A DNA stretch of 64,000 nucleotides, taken from positions 9,362,001-9,426,000 of the forward strand of contig OZ024742.1 of NCBI GenBank assembly GCA_964016885.1, read 5' to 3'. Within the stretch, counting starts at the first letter, position 1. Each line of letters starts with the position of its first letter. Positions 61,506-64,000 of this stretch are shown here, piece after piece. The stretch comes from Eledone cirrhosa. Taxonomy: Eukaryota. The translations under genes and the position numbers were made by a program. The notes beneath the pieces are model-generated. The model had not been told where the DNA came from. It made no database searches and saw nothing but the letters and a program-made list of their open reading frames with translations.

Positions 61506-64000
61506 TATACAATGTGGGTAGTGAATTGGCTGTCATTAAAGCCTCGAACAAAATAATTTCCCGTTTTTTGTTACGATTCTTTACATGCCACTAGGGTTGG
61601 CTTATCCTTTCTTTCCGATTATCATAAAATAGAATAGCAATGAAGATGTGGAGTCGGTATAATCAACTATTCATTCACCAGAATTCCCCGGTTTGGTGTC
61701 TTAATTAAAAAATCAATATGAATGGCGATGAAGAATAAACATTGCTTGATGGCCGGAAAAATATACCTTTGTGAAATTTGTTTCGCTCCTTTACATGCAA
61801 CATTAAACCCCACCAGAGTTTATATTTGCCTTTTCTCCTTTCCCAGTCCCTTGAAATATTGTACCAGTAGAATACTGGGGTTGGTGGAATTTACACCACC
61901 ACCCCCAACCCCAAAAGGCTGGCCTTGGGTTAGATTTAGTAACTATTATTACATACACAAAATTGAGAGGCCTGGCAACTTTGGATTTTTAGTTTAAAAG
62001 AAAAGAATTAAGTATTGGAATCGATATAATCGATTTACGGGAGCCAACTGAAATGTTCATACGTTGATAAAGATACTCTCATGGAATGACCAAATGAAGT
62101 GTATTTTTTAACATAGACCTTAGTAAGAAACAATGTAGTTATTAATAAGAAGAGTTGAAATTAATGCATGTAAGATTTCATAGCACTAGCATCACTTATT
62201 CATAGTCAACCTCTGAAATTTTTACACCACCCTTGTACACTTCCTTCCCAAATTGTTGACCTTTTGCCAACATTAGAAACCATAGATATATAAACAGTTG
62301 TCTGTTACAGGCTTCTTTAAAAGACAATGAGTCTACCTCAATGTGGCTGCTCCATCTGCAAGAAATTGCAGTCAAGTAAGGAATATATAGAATACATTGG
62401 ATTAGGGAACCCGGAGTAATCTATGTCCGAAAATATAATAACAAAATATGGGTTGACTGTGGCTGGAATCATTCGGCAATAAATAAGCTGAATACCTGAT
62501 CAAGGGCTCATCAACAACAACAACGATTAGAACAATTAGTCAATCAAGAAAGTCTTTGTAGGTACTTATTTGGGTAGAAATAGCAGCCAAACCTCACTCA
62601 AATCCTTACTGCCAATAATTTCAAAAATATATTGGATAATGAAATCGTTGCTATGCAAAAGGAAAGTGATTGTCATGGTTTGAACGACTTTAACACTATA
62701 TTTGCTCGATCAGAATTGACCAGGGTAATCAGCGACAACATAAATGTGTAGAATTTGTGTTGCTTGTTCTTCAAATGTTTATTTCAAGCACAAACCTGCT
62801 CAAGTAGAGCTATAATCAATGGTATTCTAGACGTAACAAAACCGTCTTAGATGTCTACCTCTATTCTAATCAATAATAAAACTTATCTCACACCACACGA
62901 TAACCTCTTTAAAAGAGTATTGTGTAAGTTAAGTTAGATTGTGTTGTTACTTTATAGAAAACAAAATATTCAACACATGTTGCCACGTTTCCACGACTCT
63001 GTTTTTGATCATATAGTACATACTGTGTTGTATTATACTCATAATTCTGTTGTTGTTGTTGCCATTGTTGCAAGTAAAAAGAAACATAACTTATGAAATG
63101 ATTATGTTATTACATCTGTATTTGAAGTATTATTTGTCAAACACACTTCTTTATATTAATCGTGGATATTGTCGTGGATATTGTGGCGAACAAATCTACT
63201 GGATTTTCTTTTTATGTTTGAACAATGTTGTGATTATGTCTGGCTGAGTGAAAATATATGCACGTGCCTGTGTGAGTGCGTGTTTAACTGTACATGCGTT
63301 TGTTTATACTGTCTGCATTCATCAGTGCGGCAGACGTCTGTGTTAAGAAAGAATTGATTTTGTTTGTCATCACGTTTCCCACTTGTTTATTTCATCAAAG
63401 TCTCTTTGTTTTTCTCGTAGAAAATGTTTTCCTCGTTAATGATATTGGTTCTGTCGTGACGATGTTTTTTCGATGCTGGAAGTACGGTCAAATAGGTGCA
63501 TATAGCAACACATTTAATGAACTTACGGTTCAGGTTTAATTCATTGTCTGAAGTATTTCACTTATTCTACTAACACCGTTCTATCACTGTTACAGAGGCC
63601 TTCCGAGTTATTTTTACAGGGCTTAGAAAAACTGAAGAGCCGCTGCAATAAATGTGTGAATCATAATTAACTGACCCTCCTGTATTTTCTTTTACTCAAA
63701 GTCAGGAACTTTTCAGCACCCCCTCTCTATCATGCATATCAACAATTTATGGTTTATCTAATTGTACAAAATAACAACCAAACCACCCACAAATTACACC
63801 ATACCATCAGATAAGGACTGAAACTTCAGCATCTGCAGAACTCACTCAAATGAAAGCTTCAGTGGCTCATATTTGATAAAAAGGCTTTGAATCACTTCGT
63901 ATATTAAATAGACCTGCAGTTGTGGGTATAGCATGGGTCGAGGATGTGTGGGCTTGGCATCTGGGGTATTATAAGGTTACGAAAAATCTCAGTAAGTAGG

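Noticed and set aside
63050-63540. Possible decayed transposase or host exon
   Set aside because: Only vague similarity; no ordered motifs that I can support.

Overview
AT-rich, microsatellite-dense animal DNA. The SINE content suggests a cephalopod such as Octopus, but that is an inference. I can support no host protein-coding gene, and nearly all short ORFs in the track are translated microsatellites. The centrepiece is a ~22-kb retrotransposon block (24552-46422) bounded on both sides by (ATT)n. It holds an R4/Dong-like restriction-endonuclease LINE 3' fragment on the minus strand, joined head-to-head to four head-to-tail L1/Tx1-like LINEs (A-D) of two subfamilies on the plus strand. Notable points in the block: (i) all four LINEs have a GGTAAGT splice-donor consensus at the end of ORF1; (ii) the tailed copies end in CCCTTGTGGYYAATAAAGAAATC(ATT)n, which matches the 3' tail of the window's most common tRNA-derived SINE; (iii) both copies of the A/C subfamily share one nonsense codon and neither has its own tail. 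The flanks contain three Penelope-like elements (two Hydra-clade-like, set in (TA)n), eight minimal hammerhead ribozyme motifs, several foldback elements, a 40-bp satellite with higher-order duplication and a (GGT)n compound satellite. Coordinates were read by eye and may be off by a few bases.
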